31,632 nucleotides of DNA. Origin: a virus. A program made the position numbers and the translations under genes. Positions 1-8,358 of this stretch are shown here, in pieces; the stretch's first letter is position 1, and the number at the start of each line of letters is the position of its first letter. The notes under the pieces are model-generated. The model was not told where the DNA came from. It saw nothing but the letters and a program-made list of their open reading frames with translations, and did no database searches. Where the stretch lies: IMG/VR virus record IMGVR_UViG_3300045988_022658, positions 1 through 31,632 of that record. One strand, 5' to 3'.

Positions 1-55
1 CGAAAAATGACCCGTTTCTACCGGGAAAATGGTGTGGACGCTGAGAAAATTGACG
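1..55. repeat. Terminal duplicate, identical to 31578-31632 (circular-assembly overlap)
   Basis: cgaaaaatgacccgtttctaccgggaaaatggtgtggacgctgagaaaattgacg occurs at both ends of the window. Confidence 0.95.
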
Positions 56-354
56 CGCTCACGCCCGTTTTTGATAGCGTTTGCTGGATGCAAATCAAGC
101 TGGAGGATGCCAGAGCGGACATCGCAGAAGATGGGCTGACCGCCGAGTATGATAACGGCGGTGGGCAGACCGGTATCCGCGAAAATCCGGCATTCAAGGC
201 ATACAAAGCTCTGTGGAAGTCTTACTGTGCCGGGCTCCAAATCCTCCTGGCGGAGCTGCCGGACAGTGCAAAAGCCGCTGCGGCAGCTGCCGGGCAAAAA
301 ACTGCCCCGGAAACAGCGTTGGCCCTTGTGCTTGGCAAGCGAAAGGATGCGTGA
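1..354 (+). CDS. terS: Terminase small subunit (P27-family-like), 3' part; the gene starts at 31515 and crosses the circular junction
   Basis: The frame of ORF 7..354 is open back to base 1. It is the same frame as ATG 31515 read through the terminal duplicate, with no stops. TGA 352-354 lies 2 nt before the terL ATG. Synteny is HNH-terS-terL. Confidence 0.75.
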   Translation, partial: RKMTRFYRENGVDAEKIDALTPVFDSVCWMQIKLEDARADIAEDGLTAEYDNGGGQTGIRENPAFKAYKALWKSYCAGLQILLAELPDSAKAAAAAAGQKTAPETALALVLGKRKDA

Positions 355-356
355 CG

Positions 357-1799
357 ATGGCAGCGGATCGCATTGGATCGCAGACACCGAGAATTCAGGT
401 GGAGCCGGAGCGGGTGCGGTCTGATGGCGAGGATGCCGCAATCCTGATGGCGGCTTATGGCAACAGTCTGGATCCGTGGCAGCGGAGCGTGGTGGATTGC
501 TGGCTCGGGCGCGATGCGTCCGGCGCTTACAGCGTTACCTCCGCAGGTCTGGCGCTGCCGCGGCAGAACGGCAAAAACGTATGCCTGGAGGCGCGGGAAT
601 TTTTCGGGCTGGTGGTCAGCGGAGAGAAAATCCTGCATACGGCGCATCAGGTCCGGACGGCGAAAAAGAGCTTTAACCGGCTGGCGCAAATGTTTACCGA
701 CAAGCGCCACCCTGAGATCATTGCTCTGGTTAAAAACATCCGCCGAACCAATGGCGAGGAAGCCATTGAGCTGGTTAACGGCGGCGTGATCGAATTCTCC
801 TCACGGTCGCGGCAGGCTGTCCGCGGCTTTGACGGATTCAGCTTGGTTGTGTACGATGAGGCACAGGAGCTGACGGACGATCAGGTGGAAGCTATTATGG
901 CAACGCTGGCAGCATCGGCTACCGGCACCAGACAGATTATCTATACCGGGACACCCCCATATCCGGGGTGCCCCGGTACTGTTTTCCGCAGGCGGCGCAC
1001 TGCCTGCCTCCAAGCTCCCGGTGCACATGATGCATGGCACGAGTGGAGCGTGGACGGTGACGATGTAGAAAGGATCAACGTTGACGATCGGGACCTGTGG
1101 TACCAGACCAATCCGGCGCTGGGCATCCATCTCACCGAGGATTTTACCGCCGAGGAGCTGCGGAGCATGAGCCGGGACGGCTTTGCCCGAGAGCGGCTGG
1201 GCTGGTGGAGCCCGATGCTGACAGAGCAGGCGGACTTTGCCCTGAACAAAGCCGTCTGGGAAACGTGTGCATCGGAGGAACGGAAGCCGGAGGGCAAAAC
1301 CGCCTACGGCGTAAAGTTTGCCGCTGACGGGTCCGCCGTGTGCCTGTGCGGCGCTGTAATCCCCCAGGAGGGCCCGGCGCGGATCTCGCTGATTGATATG
1401 CAGCCCTGCGGCCGTGGCATCCGGTGGCTGGCAGACTGGCTGAATGCCCGGTATGACCGCGCCAGCTGCGTGGTGATTGACGGGCGCAACGGCGTGGATG
1501 TGCTGGTGGATCGGATCTCCGATACCTGGCGGGCAAAGGATGCTGTTGTCCGCGCCAATACCAAAAATGTAATTGCGGCGGTATCCGTGCTGACGGATGC
1601 CGTCAACGATGGATCGCTCAGCTGGTACAAGCCTCAGGCGGCGCTGAACGACAGCGCCGTTACCGCAACGAAACGGACATTCGGCGGCGGGTACGGATTT
1701 GGCGGAGACAACAGCCTGCCGATCGAGGCTTGCGCCCTGGCTCTCTGGGGTGCAAAGACCAGTAAGCGGGACCCCAACCGCAAAATGAGAATCGGGTAA
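357..1799 (+). CDS. terL: Terminase large subunit
   Basis: 480 aa. Walker A-like LPRQNGKN and Walker B-like LVVYDEAQE. ATG 357 is preferred over the in-frame ATG 213, which overlaps terS. Confidence 0.9.
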   Translation: MAADRIGSQTPRIQVEPERVRSDGEDAAILMAAYGNSLDPWQRSVVDCWLGRDASGAYSVTSAGLALPRQNGKNVCLEAREFFGLVVSGEKILHTAHQVRTAKKSFNRLAQMFTDKRHPEIIALVKNIRRTNGEEAIELVNGGVIEFSSRSRQAVRGFDGFSLVVYDEAQELTDDQVEAIMATLAASATGTRQIIYTGTPPYPGCPGTVFRRRRTACLQAPGAHDAWHEWSVDGDDVERINVDDRDLWYQTNPALGIHLTEDFTAEELRSMSRDGFARERLGWWSPMLTEQADFALNKAVWETCASEERKPEGKTAYGVKFAADGSAVCLCGAVIPQEGPARISLIDMQPCGRGIRWLADWLNARYDRASCVVIDGRNGVDVLVDRISDTWRAKDAVVRANTKNVIAAVSVLTDAVNDGSLSWYKPQAALNDSAVTATKRTFGGGYGFGGDNSLPIEACALALWGAKTSKRDPNRKMRIG

Positions 1800-1811
1800 G
1801 AGGGTGAAGAA

Positions 1812-3242
1812 ATGATAAGTCTGAATTTTGGACACGTCCAGGGGCTGGTCGATACGGAACAGCAGCTGCTGGTGGAGCTTGCCGACGTGTACAACTACCA
1901 TCAGGGAAAAAACGCCACCAAGGACAAGTATTATGAGGGTCAAGTCACGCTGAAGGACGTCAATATTGGCATTGCTCTGCCGAACGGACTGAATAATCTG
2001 GATGTTGGGTGCAACTGGGGGCAGAAGGCTGTGGACGTGCTGGCAGCCCGGTCCATGTTTGACGGCTTTGTGGGCGCAAACGGCAATGACACTACGGCAC
2101 TGGCGGAAATCATCGAGAAAAACCGCATGGTGGCTGAGTACCAGAAAGCGTGCCGGGATGAACTGAAGTATGGATGCGTCTTTGCTACGCTGTCCCCCGA
2201 CCAGTCTCTCGGATGTAAAATCCGCTGGCACAGCCCGGCTACCGCATCGGCGCTGTGGGACGGCGACAAGGGACGAATCTCCTGCGGCATGGCGATCATC
2301 GACACAGCCAAGGACGAAAAATACAAGGACAGCTGGACGCCGTCCCTGGTGAATCTCTACACCGACAAAGCCATTATCGTGCTTAGCCGCACGCAGAACG
2401 GTTGGAATGTGAAAAACCGGGTGACGCACAGCATCGGCAGACCGATTATGGAGCCTATGGTGTGGAATGCCACAAACGGAAAGCCCTTCGGGCGCTCCCG
2501 GCTGAAACACCCCATCCGGACGCTGATTGACGATTATATCCGGATCCTTGCCAACGCTACCATTGCGCTGGAATTCGATACCACGCCGCAGAAGTACATT
2601 CTCGGTGTCACCGATGAGCAGTACGATGCGATTGTGTCGAATAAGTTCCGCCAATATGTTGGTAGCATCCTCGCCGCGACGAGAAACCATGAAAGTGGGG
2701 AAAATCCGGTTTTCGGTCAGCTCGCCCAGGGCAGCCTCAGCCCCCATGTGGACAAGCTCCGGATGGTAGCAACACAGTTTTCCGCTGCCACCGGGCTGAC
2801 CGTGACGGATGTGGGCATTATCAACGACGCCAACCCCACCAGTTCGGACGCGATCCTTGCTCAGAGCCAGACGCTGGTGCTGATGGCGCAGCAGCTGAAC
2901 TCCGGCAATGGGGACAGCCTCAAGACCATTGCGCTGATGGCGCTGGCGGTTGCCCGGAATTGCAGTCTGGATGCGCTGGAGGATGCCGAAACGGACATTG
3001 TGGCGCATTTTAAAAATCCGGCGATGCCCAGCGTGGCGGTGACTGCGGATGCTGCCATTAAAATTGCTTCCGCCCGGCAGGAATTCGCTTCCACCGACAC
3101 GTTTTTGGAGATGATCGGATTCGATCAGGCTGACATCCGGCGCATTCGCGCTCAGGAGCAGCGGGTCAGGGGACAGAAGGTGCTGACGGAGTTGGACAGC
3201 GAGGATGATGTAGATGACAATCTCGGAGCGGGACTGGAATAA
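1812..3242 (+). CDS. Portal protein
   Basis: 476 aa, directly after terL, with RBS GAGGGTGA and an acidic C-terminus. Size and position are typical of a portal. Confidence 0.8.
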   Translation: MISLNFGHVQGLVDTEQQLLVELADVYNYHQGKNATKDKYYEGQVTLKDVNIGIALPNGLNNLDVGCNWGQKAVDVLAARSMFDGFVGANGNDTTALAEIIEKNRMVAEYQKACRDELKYGCVFATLSPDQSLGCKIRWHSPATASALWDGDKGRISCGMAIIDTAKDEKYKDSWTPSLVNLYTDKAIIVLSRTQNGWNVKNRVTHSIGRPIMEPMVWNATNGKPFGRSRLKHPIRTLIDDYIRILANATIALEFDTTPQKYILGVTDEQYDAIVSNKFRQYVGSILAATRNHESGENPVFGQLAQGSLSPHVDKLRMVATQFSAATGLTVTDVGIINDANPTSSDAILAQSQTLVLMAQQLNSGNGDSLKTIALMALAVARNCSLDALEDAETDIVAHFKNPAMPSVAVTADAAIKIASARQEFASTDTFLEMIGFDQADIRRIRAQEQRVRGQKVLTELDSEDDVDDNLGAGLE

Positions 3243-4344
3243 TTACGTCCAGCGGCTGTCCAAATTGGACAAACGCGCCGGGGACGCCATGGCAAAGTAC
3301 ATTGCCAAGTACGGCACGGAGGACACCGAGGAACTGATCGTCTATGCCAATGCGCTGGTGACAAAGTACGGCGAGGGCAGCGCGGAGCTGGCAGCCCAGA
3401 TGTACGATGATCTGGCAGCGGCGGAGGGTGTGACCGTCAGCCCCGCAGAGCCCGCCCAGCCGCCCAGCATGGCAGAGGTGGCAAAGGCTATTTATCGCAC
3501 ACTCGACAGCCCTCCGCTGATGGCAGGCGCCACCAGCCGGCTGGTAAAGCAGACCGGCGCGGACACCATCCTCAAAAACGCGCTGCGGGACGGGGCGGAA
3601 TTCGCCTGGATCCCAGGCGGCATGAGCTGCGCATTCTGTCTAACCCTGGCAAGCCGGGGATGGCAGCGGGCCAGTAAGAAGGCAATTAAGGGCGGTCACG
3701 CCCAGCATATTCACGCACACTGTACCTGCACCTATGCAATCCGCTTCTCCTCCAAGACAAACGTTGCCGGATATGATCCGGACAAGTACCTTCGGATGTA
3801 CGAAAACGCCGAGGGCAGCACTCCCAGCGAGAAAATCAACTCCATGCGCCGGGCGCAGCGGGAAGAGAATAAGGAGCTGGTGAACGCCCAGCAGCGGGAA
3901 GCCCGCCGGAAACGGCAGGAGCGGGAAAACGGCTCCGACCCTAGCTGGAAGAAAATCACGGTTGAGGGCTCGACAAGGGCTGGGAATCGTGGTAAAATAA
4001 GCACAGATAAACTGTTCCCTGTGAACCCCGTCACCGGGCAGTCGTATACACTGCACACGCTCACGATTGACAGCGCCCAGTTTGGCGCGAAAATCGGCAA
4101 GCACGCGCAGGACTATGGGCTGGACCCATCAGCCGAGAACACGCGGGAGTTCTTCCGGAATGAGATTAACCGCATTGTAAACGACGCGGATGAACGGCGC
4201 TATGGCGACTGGCGCGGTCAGGAGTATCCGGTTGTATTCCACATCAAGGGCGACGATGTTGTTGTGGAGAGCAAGGACGGAGAGTTTATCACGATTTTGA
4301 AGGGAGGCGTATCCAATGCGCGGGTTAAAAACGCAGGAAAGTGA
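3214..4344 (+). CDS. MuF/SPP1 gp7-like head morphogenesis (minor capsid) protein with a C-terminal toxin-like extension
   Basis: Sits just after the portal gene. Cys/His cluster MSCAFCLTLASRGW...HAQHIHAHCTCTY is typical of MuF-type proteins. A KRE-rich linker is followed by a distinct ~110-aa C-terminal module (FGAKIGKHAQDYGLD...). Confidence 0.8.
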   Translation: MTISERDWNNYVQRLSKLDKRAGDAMAKYIAKYGTEDTEELIVYANALVTKYGEGSAELAAQMYDDLAAAEGVTVSPAEPAQPPSMAEVAKAIYRTLDSPPLMAGATSRLVKQTGADTILKNALRDGAEFAWIPGGMSCAFCLTLASRGWQRASKKAIKGGHAQHIHAHCTCTYAIRFSSKTNVAGYDPDKYLRMYENAEGSTPSEKINSMRRAQREENKELVNAQQREARRKRQERENGSDPSWKKITVEGSTRAGNRGKISTDKLFPVNPVTGQSYTLHTLTIDSAQFGAKIGKHAQDYGLDPSAENTREFFRNEINRIVNDADERRYGDWRGQEYPVVFHIKGDDVVVESKDGEFITILKGGVSNARVKNAGK

Positions 4345-4630
4345 AAAATTCAATCGCTTCTGGGCCCTGATCCAAACTGCGGCAGCCAAAAAAGGATGTA
4401 TGTTCTTTGGGTACGCCGGAGAAGGTCGAGACTTCTCTACAAGCGATATGGAGGGAGAGGACTTCGGCGGCTGGCTGGTGCCCATGGAAAGCGTAGATCC
4501 GTTTGAACGTGTTTGGGCCTCTGATCCGGCGGCTTTGTTCCAGTCACCCCCTTCTGGGACGGAGTTTACCTTCGCAATCTGGAAAAACCAGGCCGGAAAC
4601 ATAACGGTTGATTTTAAGAATTTTCAATAA
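4316..4630 (+). CDS. Hypothetical acidic 104-aa protein; candidate immunity partner of the MuF C-terminal module
   Basis: ATG 4316 is preceded by GGGAGG at 8-nt spacing. It overlaps the last 29 nt of the MuF gene and is followed immediately by a hairpin terminator. Confidence 0.6.
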   Translation: MRGLKTQESEKFNRFWALIQTAAAKKGCMFFGYAGEGRDFSTSDMEGEDFGGWLVPMESVDPFERVWASDPAALFQSPPSGTEFTFAIWKNQAGNITVDFKNFQ

Positions 4631-4660
4631 ACCACGATGCAGCTGCACCGTGGTTTATTC
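4627..4660 (+). terminator. Hairpin terminator after the immunity-like ORF
   Basis: Perfect 10-bp stem ATAAACCACG / CGTGGTTTAT (4627-4636 / 4649-4658), whose 3' arm runs into TTTATT. Confidence 0.5.
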
Positions 4661-4683
4661 ATGCCCGGAGAAAGGAAACACAA

Positions 4684-4875
4684 ATGAAAGATTCAGATGG
4701 CGGCAGCGGTGTGCGCATTGGCTTTTGCGGGCTGCTGACGCTTGTTTTTATCGTGCTGAAACTCACCGGCGTTATCAATTGGTCTTGGATTTGGGTGCTG
4801 GCGCCTGTGTGGGCTTCGGCTTTGGTTTGGATTGGCATTCTTGTGGTAATCGCGCTGATCGAACACAGGAGCTGA
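4684..4875 (+). CDS. Small 63-aa membrane protein (two predicted TM helices, Trp-rich)
   Basis: RBS GAAAGGA. Hydrophobic text GFCGLLTLVFIVLKLTGVINWSWIWVLAPVWASALVWIGILVVIALI. Terminators lie on both sides. Confidence 0.65.
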   Translation: MKDSDGGSGVRIGFCGLLTLVFIVLKLTGVINWSWIWVLAPVWASALVWIGILVVIALIEHRS

Positions 4876-4903
4876 GCAATCTATAAAACTTCATATGCAA
4901 TTG

Positions 4904-4933
4904 GCAGCACCGGATACCGGCGCTGCTATTTTT
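4904..4933 (+). terminator. Rho-independent terminator
   Basis: Stem GCAGCACCGG / CCGGCGCTGC (one mismatch), 3-nt loop, then TATTTTT. Confidence 0.7.
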
Positions 4934-4981
4934 GTATAAATTTACGCCACGGCGGCGGGACAAGCCGGAAAGGAGACCATT

Positions 4982-5476
4982 ATGGAAAAAGAAACTGTGA
5001 ATCAGGAAAAAACAAACGGCGGCACTGGGTCCGGAACCCCGGAGCGTACTTTTACCCAGTCGGAACTGAACGCCATCGTTACGGATCGGCTGAGCCGGGA
5101 GCGGGAGCAGTACGCAGATTATGCAGCCCTCAAGGAGAAGGCTGAGAAATACGATGCTGCCCAGGAAGCAGATAAGACCGACCTCCAGAAAGCCACAGAT
5201 AAGGTTGCAGCGCTCCAGGCCCAGGTGGAAGCATACACCAAGGCCGACAACCTCCGGAGGATCCGGGAGAAGGTCAGCAAGGAAACCGGCGTACCGGCAA
5301 GCCTTCTGTATGGCGAAGATGAGGACAGCTGCAAGGCACAGGCGCAGGCGATCCTGGACTATGCCAAGCCCCAGACCGGCGGAACTGCGATCCGGGACGG
5401 CGGCGAGCCTCAGGGTAAGCCGGGGGGCAGCACACGGGACCAGTTCGCGGACTGGTTTAACAAAGCAACAAAATGA
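4982..5476 (+). CDS. Capsid scaffolding protein
   Basis: 164 aa, coiled-coil and charged (ERTFTQSELNAIVTDRLSRERE...). RBS AAGGAG. Lies immediately upstream of the major capsid gene. Confidence 0.75.
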   Translation: MEKETVNQEKTNGGTGSGTPERTFTQSELNAIVTDRLSREREQYADYAALKEKAEKYDAAQEADKTDLQKATDKVAALQAQVEAYTKADNLRRIREKVSKETGVPASLLYGEDEDSCKAQAQAILDYAKPQTGGTAIRDGGEPQGKPGGSTRDQFADWFNKATK

Positions 5477-5493
5477 AAGTGAGGAATTAAACT

Positions 5494-6387
5494 ATGGCAA
5501 TCGATTTGAACAGAACCAGCTCCATCTCCCTGCCTACGGCGGTGGCATCGGAGATTTTGCAGAAGACCCAGGAGGACTCCGCTGTTATGGCTCTGGCACG
5601 GCAGATTACGCTGCCGGGTCTTGGCGTGACCATCCCAGTTATCACCGGCGATCCCGAAGCCGGATGGGTAGGGGAGACCGAGAAAAAGCCCGTAAAGCGC
5701 GGCAGTCTTGCAACCAAGGTGATTACCCCGTATACTCTGGCGGTCATTGTGCCGTTCTCGAACCAGTTCAAGCGGGACGCCTCGGCGCTGTACGATGCGC
5801 TGGTCCAGCGGCTCCCCAAGGCACTGGGCAAGGCGTTTGACAAGACCGTATTCGGCAGCCTTGCCGTCCCCGGATCCAATTTTGACACCCTCAAGAGCTG
5901 CACCGCTCAGGAGATCGGCACCAACACCTATAACGGTCTGGTGGCTGCGGATGCGGACATTGCCGACCACGACGGCATTCTCAACGGCTGGGTACTCTCT
6001 CCCAAGGGCAAGAGCCTGCTGCTAACTGCGGTGGACGGTAACAAGCGCCCGCTGTTCATCAACAACGTGGCGGAGGGTGCTGTTCCCATGATTCTGAGTG
6101 CGCCGGTGCAGCAGAGCAAGGGCGCGTACATTGCCCCGGTAGCAGCCAGTGACGGCCCTCCCAAGGTCGAGGCTGTGCCTGCCACCGTTGGCTATGCTGG
6201 TGACTGGACTCAGGCGGTTTATGGCACTGTGGAGGGCGTACAGATTGCGGTCTCCGATCAGGCTACCCTGACCGACGGCAGCACCACCATTAACCTGTTC
6301 GAGCAGAATATGTTCGCCGTGCGCGCTGAGATTGAGGTCGGTTTCCGCTGCGACACCAGCGTGTTTAACCGACTGACCAAGGCGTAA
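5494..6387 (+). CDS. Major capsid protein (HK97-fold family)
   Basis: 297 aa. ITLPGLGVTIPVITGDPEAGWVGETEKKPV matches the conserved N-terminal pattern of HK97-type capsid proteins. Synteny supports the call. Confidence 0.85.
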   Translation: MAIDLNRTSSISLPTAVASEILQKTQEDSAVMALARQITLPGLGVTIPVITGDPEAGWVGETEKKPVKRGSLATKVITPYTLAVIVPFSNQFKRDASALYDALVQRLPKALGKAFDKTVFGSLAVPGSNFDTLKSCTAQEIGTNTYNGLVAADADIADHDGILNGWVLSPKGKSLLLTAVDGNKRPLFINNVAEGAVPMILSAPVQQSKGAYIAPVAASDGPPKVEAVPATVGYAGDWTQAVYGTVEGVQIAVSDQATLTDGSTTINLFEQNMFAVRAEIEVGFRCDTSVFNRLTKA

Positions 6388-6389
6388 GC

Positions 6390-6788
6390 ATGGACGACAA
6401 GCGGACAGCATACGCCACCTCCTACGATGTGGAAGAAGGCTTTCGAACCCTGACGCAGGAGGAACAGAATCGCGCCGAAGCGCTGCTGCTGGAGGCTGCT
6501 ATCATCGTTGACGCCTACAACCGGGCTGCCAGCGAGGACGCCAAACATCTGGTTTCCTGCCGGATGGTCCGGCGGCAGCTGGGTGCGGGGGACGGTGGAG
6601 ACATCCAATTTCCCATGGGGTCTACTCAGGGCAGCATGAGCGCCATGGGCTACAGCCAGAGCTGGACCATGAGCAGCGGCGCGGTGGGTGAGCTGTATTT
6701 GTCCAAATTGGACAAAAAACTTCTGGGAGTGGGTAATCGGATCGGTTCCCACTCTCCGCTGGAGGATATGACCGATGCAGGGGATTGA
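6390..6788 (+). CDS. Head-tail connector (gp6-like adaptor)
   Basis: 132 aa, first gene after the capsid gene. Call is based on position and size. Confidence 0.6.
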   Translation: MDDKRTAYATSYDVEEGFRTLTQEEQNRAEALLLEAAIIVDAYNRAASEDAKHLVSCRMVRRQLGAGDGGDIQFPMGSTQGSMSAMGYSQSWTMSSGAVGELYLSKLDKKLLGVGNRIGSHSPLEDMTDAGD

Positions 6789-7104
6789 CATCATCCGATA
6801 CAACAAAACCCAGACCGGTTTGGACGGCTTCGGTGCTCCGATTTATTCGGAGACACCTGAGGTCGTCCACAATGTGCTGATTGGGGAGCCTGCCACCGAG
6901 GACATCGTCAACGATCTCCAGCTGTACGGCAAGCGCCTTGCCTATACGCTGGCGCTGCCCAAGGGCGACAGCCGCGACTGGGATAATGTCGCGGTGGAAT
7001 TCTTCGGGCAGAAATTCCGGACGTATGGCGCGGTGACGGAGGGCATTGAGGCAATGATCCCGCTACGCTGGAACCGAAAGGTCAAGGTGGAACGGTATGA
7101 GTAA
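6775..7104 (+). CDS. Head closure / head-tail adaptor protein
   Basis: 109 aa, RBS GGAGGA, overlaps its neighbours. Call is based on position. Confidence 0.6.
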   Translation: MQGIDIIRYNKTQTGLDGFGAPIYSETPEVVHNVLIGEPATEDIVNDLQLYGKRLAYTLALPKGDSRDWDNVAVEFFGQKFRTYGAVTEGIEAMIPLRWNRKVKVERYE

Positions 7105-7387
7105 GCTGAAAATTGAGCTGGACAGCGCCGGGATTCAGGCGCTGCTGAAATCTCAGGAGATCATAGATGTGCTCCAGGAGCAGGCGGACAGCATCTGTGC
7201 CCAGTTGGGCAGCCAGTACCAGACCAGCCAGCATATCGGCAAAACCCGCGCCAATGTGTCCGTGTACACCGAGGATCCGGAAGCGCTCCGAAATAACTCG
7301 GAGCGCAACACCATGCTCAAGGCGATGGGCGTTAAAGTCCCGGCGAGCAAGTCCAAGGCCAAGGGGAAGGGGAGTAAGAAAACGTGA
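7097..7387 (+). CDS. Head-tail joining protein (hypothetical; in the HK97 gp10-like position)
   Basis: 96 aa, translationally coupled, Lys-rich C-terminus. Confidence 0.5.
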   Translation: MSKLKIELDSAGIQALLKSQEIIDVLQEQADSICAQLGSQYQTSQHIGKTRANVSVYTEDPEALRNNSERNTMLKAMGVKVPASKSKAKGKGSKKT

Positions 7388-7722
7388 TTATCGAAAAAGT
7401 GATCCGCGATTATCTCTCCGCCCAGTTGGATTGCCCGGTGTATGCAGATATGCCGGAGACGCTGCCGGAGCGCTGTGTGGTGCTGGAGAAAACCGGCTCC
7501 GGGCGTGAGAATTACATCCGCAGCGCCATGATTGCGCTGCAAAGCTATGGGAAGAGTCTGTATGAGGCGGCACAGCTCAACGAGCAGGTGAAAGACGCCA
7601 TGGACAATGCAATCCGTCTGGACTGCATCTGCTCCAGCAGCCTCAACAGCGATTACCCGTTTAACGACGACAGCAATAAACGGCACCGCTATCAGGCGGT
7701 GTATGACATTGTGCATTACTAG
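7384..7722 (+). CDS. Tail completion / tail terminator-like protein
   Basis: 112 aa with a GTG start that overlaps the previous stop. Lies just before the major tail gene. Confidence 0.55.
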   Translation: MIIEKVIRDYLSAQLDCPVYADMPETLPERCVVLEKTGSGRENYIRSAMIALQSYGKSLYEAAQLNEQVKDAMDNAIRLDCICSSSLNSDYPFNDDSNKRHRYQAVYDIVHY

Positions 7723-7740
7723 AAAGAGGTGCAAAACACT

Positions 7741-8358
7741 ATGGCAGAAACCAATACCAACAACGCCGAAAATGTCAGCGTTGGCAAGCCTAAAGTGGGC
7801 GGTGCGATTTTTCGTGCACCTGCCGGCACAACCCTGCCCACTGATGTAAAGACTGCCCTGAACGCTGCATTTGCTTCGGTGGGTTATATCTCCGACAGCG
7901 GTGTAGTCAACTCCAATTCCCCTTCATCCAGCGACGTCAAAGCCTGGGGCGGAGATACGGTCGGTAGCTACCAGACTGAAAAACCCGACACATTTAAGTT
8001 CACGATGCTGGAAAGCCTCCGAGAGGCTGTGCTTAAGGCCGTATACGGCGATGATAATGTCAGCGGCTCGCTGGCTTCCGGGCTGACCGTCAAGGCAAAC
8101 AGCACCGATCAGGCAAGCTGCGCATGGGTCATCGATATGATTCTTAATGGCGGCTACCTGAAACGTGTCGTAATCCCCTCTGCCAAGGTGACGGCAGTGG
8201 GCGATATTACCTATGTTGACGGTCAGCCCATTGGTTACGAGGTTACGCTCAGCGCTGCGCCGGATTCCAGCGGCAACACACACTACGAGTATCTGGCCGC
8301 ATCCACGGAAACGCAGTCCCAGAACAACGCTGAGAGCCAGCAGGAGGTAGTGGCATGA
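7741..8358 (+). CDS. Major tail protein
   Basis: About 205 aa. ATG 7741 follows RBS AGAAAGAGG (the ORF is open from GTG 7729). Lies immediately upstream of the chaperone pair and tape measure. Confidence 0.75.
   Translation: MAETNTNNAENVSVGKPKVGGAIFRAPAGTTLPTDVKTALNAAFASVGYISDSGVVNSNSPSSSDVKAWGGDTVGSYQTEKPDTFKFTMLESLREAVLKAVYGDDNVSGSLASGLTVKANSTDQASCAWVIDMILNGGYLKRVVIPSAKVTAVGDITYVDGQPIGYEVTLSAAPDSSGNTHYEYLAASTETQSQNNAESQQEVVA

Noticed and set aside
1-55. Interpreting the 55-bp end identity as a biological direct terminal repeat
   Set aside because: The length and exactness fit an assembler k-mer overlap. A gene reads seamlessly through the junction, and the HNH-terS-terL layout suggests cos ends rather than long terminal repeats.
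213-356. Longer terL starting at ATG 213
   Set aside because: The extension overlaps terS in another frame and encodes Cys/Arg/Gly-rich nonsense. ATG 357 sits 2 nt after the terS stop.
801-3008. 735-aa minus-strand ORF covering terL and the portal gene
   Set aside because: This is a shadow ORF typical of GC-rich coding DNA. It is Arg/Gly/Pro/His-rich low-complexity text with no RBS, and it is fully antisense to two well-supported genes.
5121-5840. 239-aa alternative-frame ORF over the scaffold and capsid genes
   Set aside because: It is Arg/Pro/Ser-rich, has no RBS, and overlaps two strongly supported genes.
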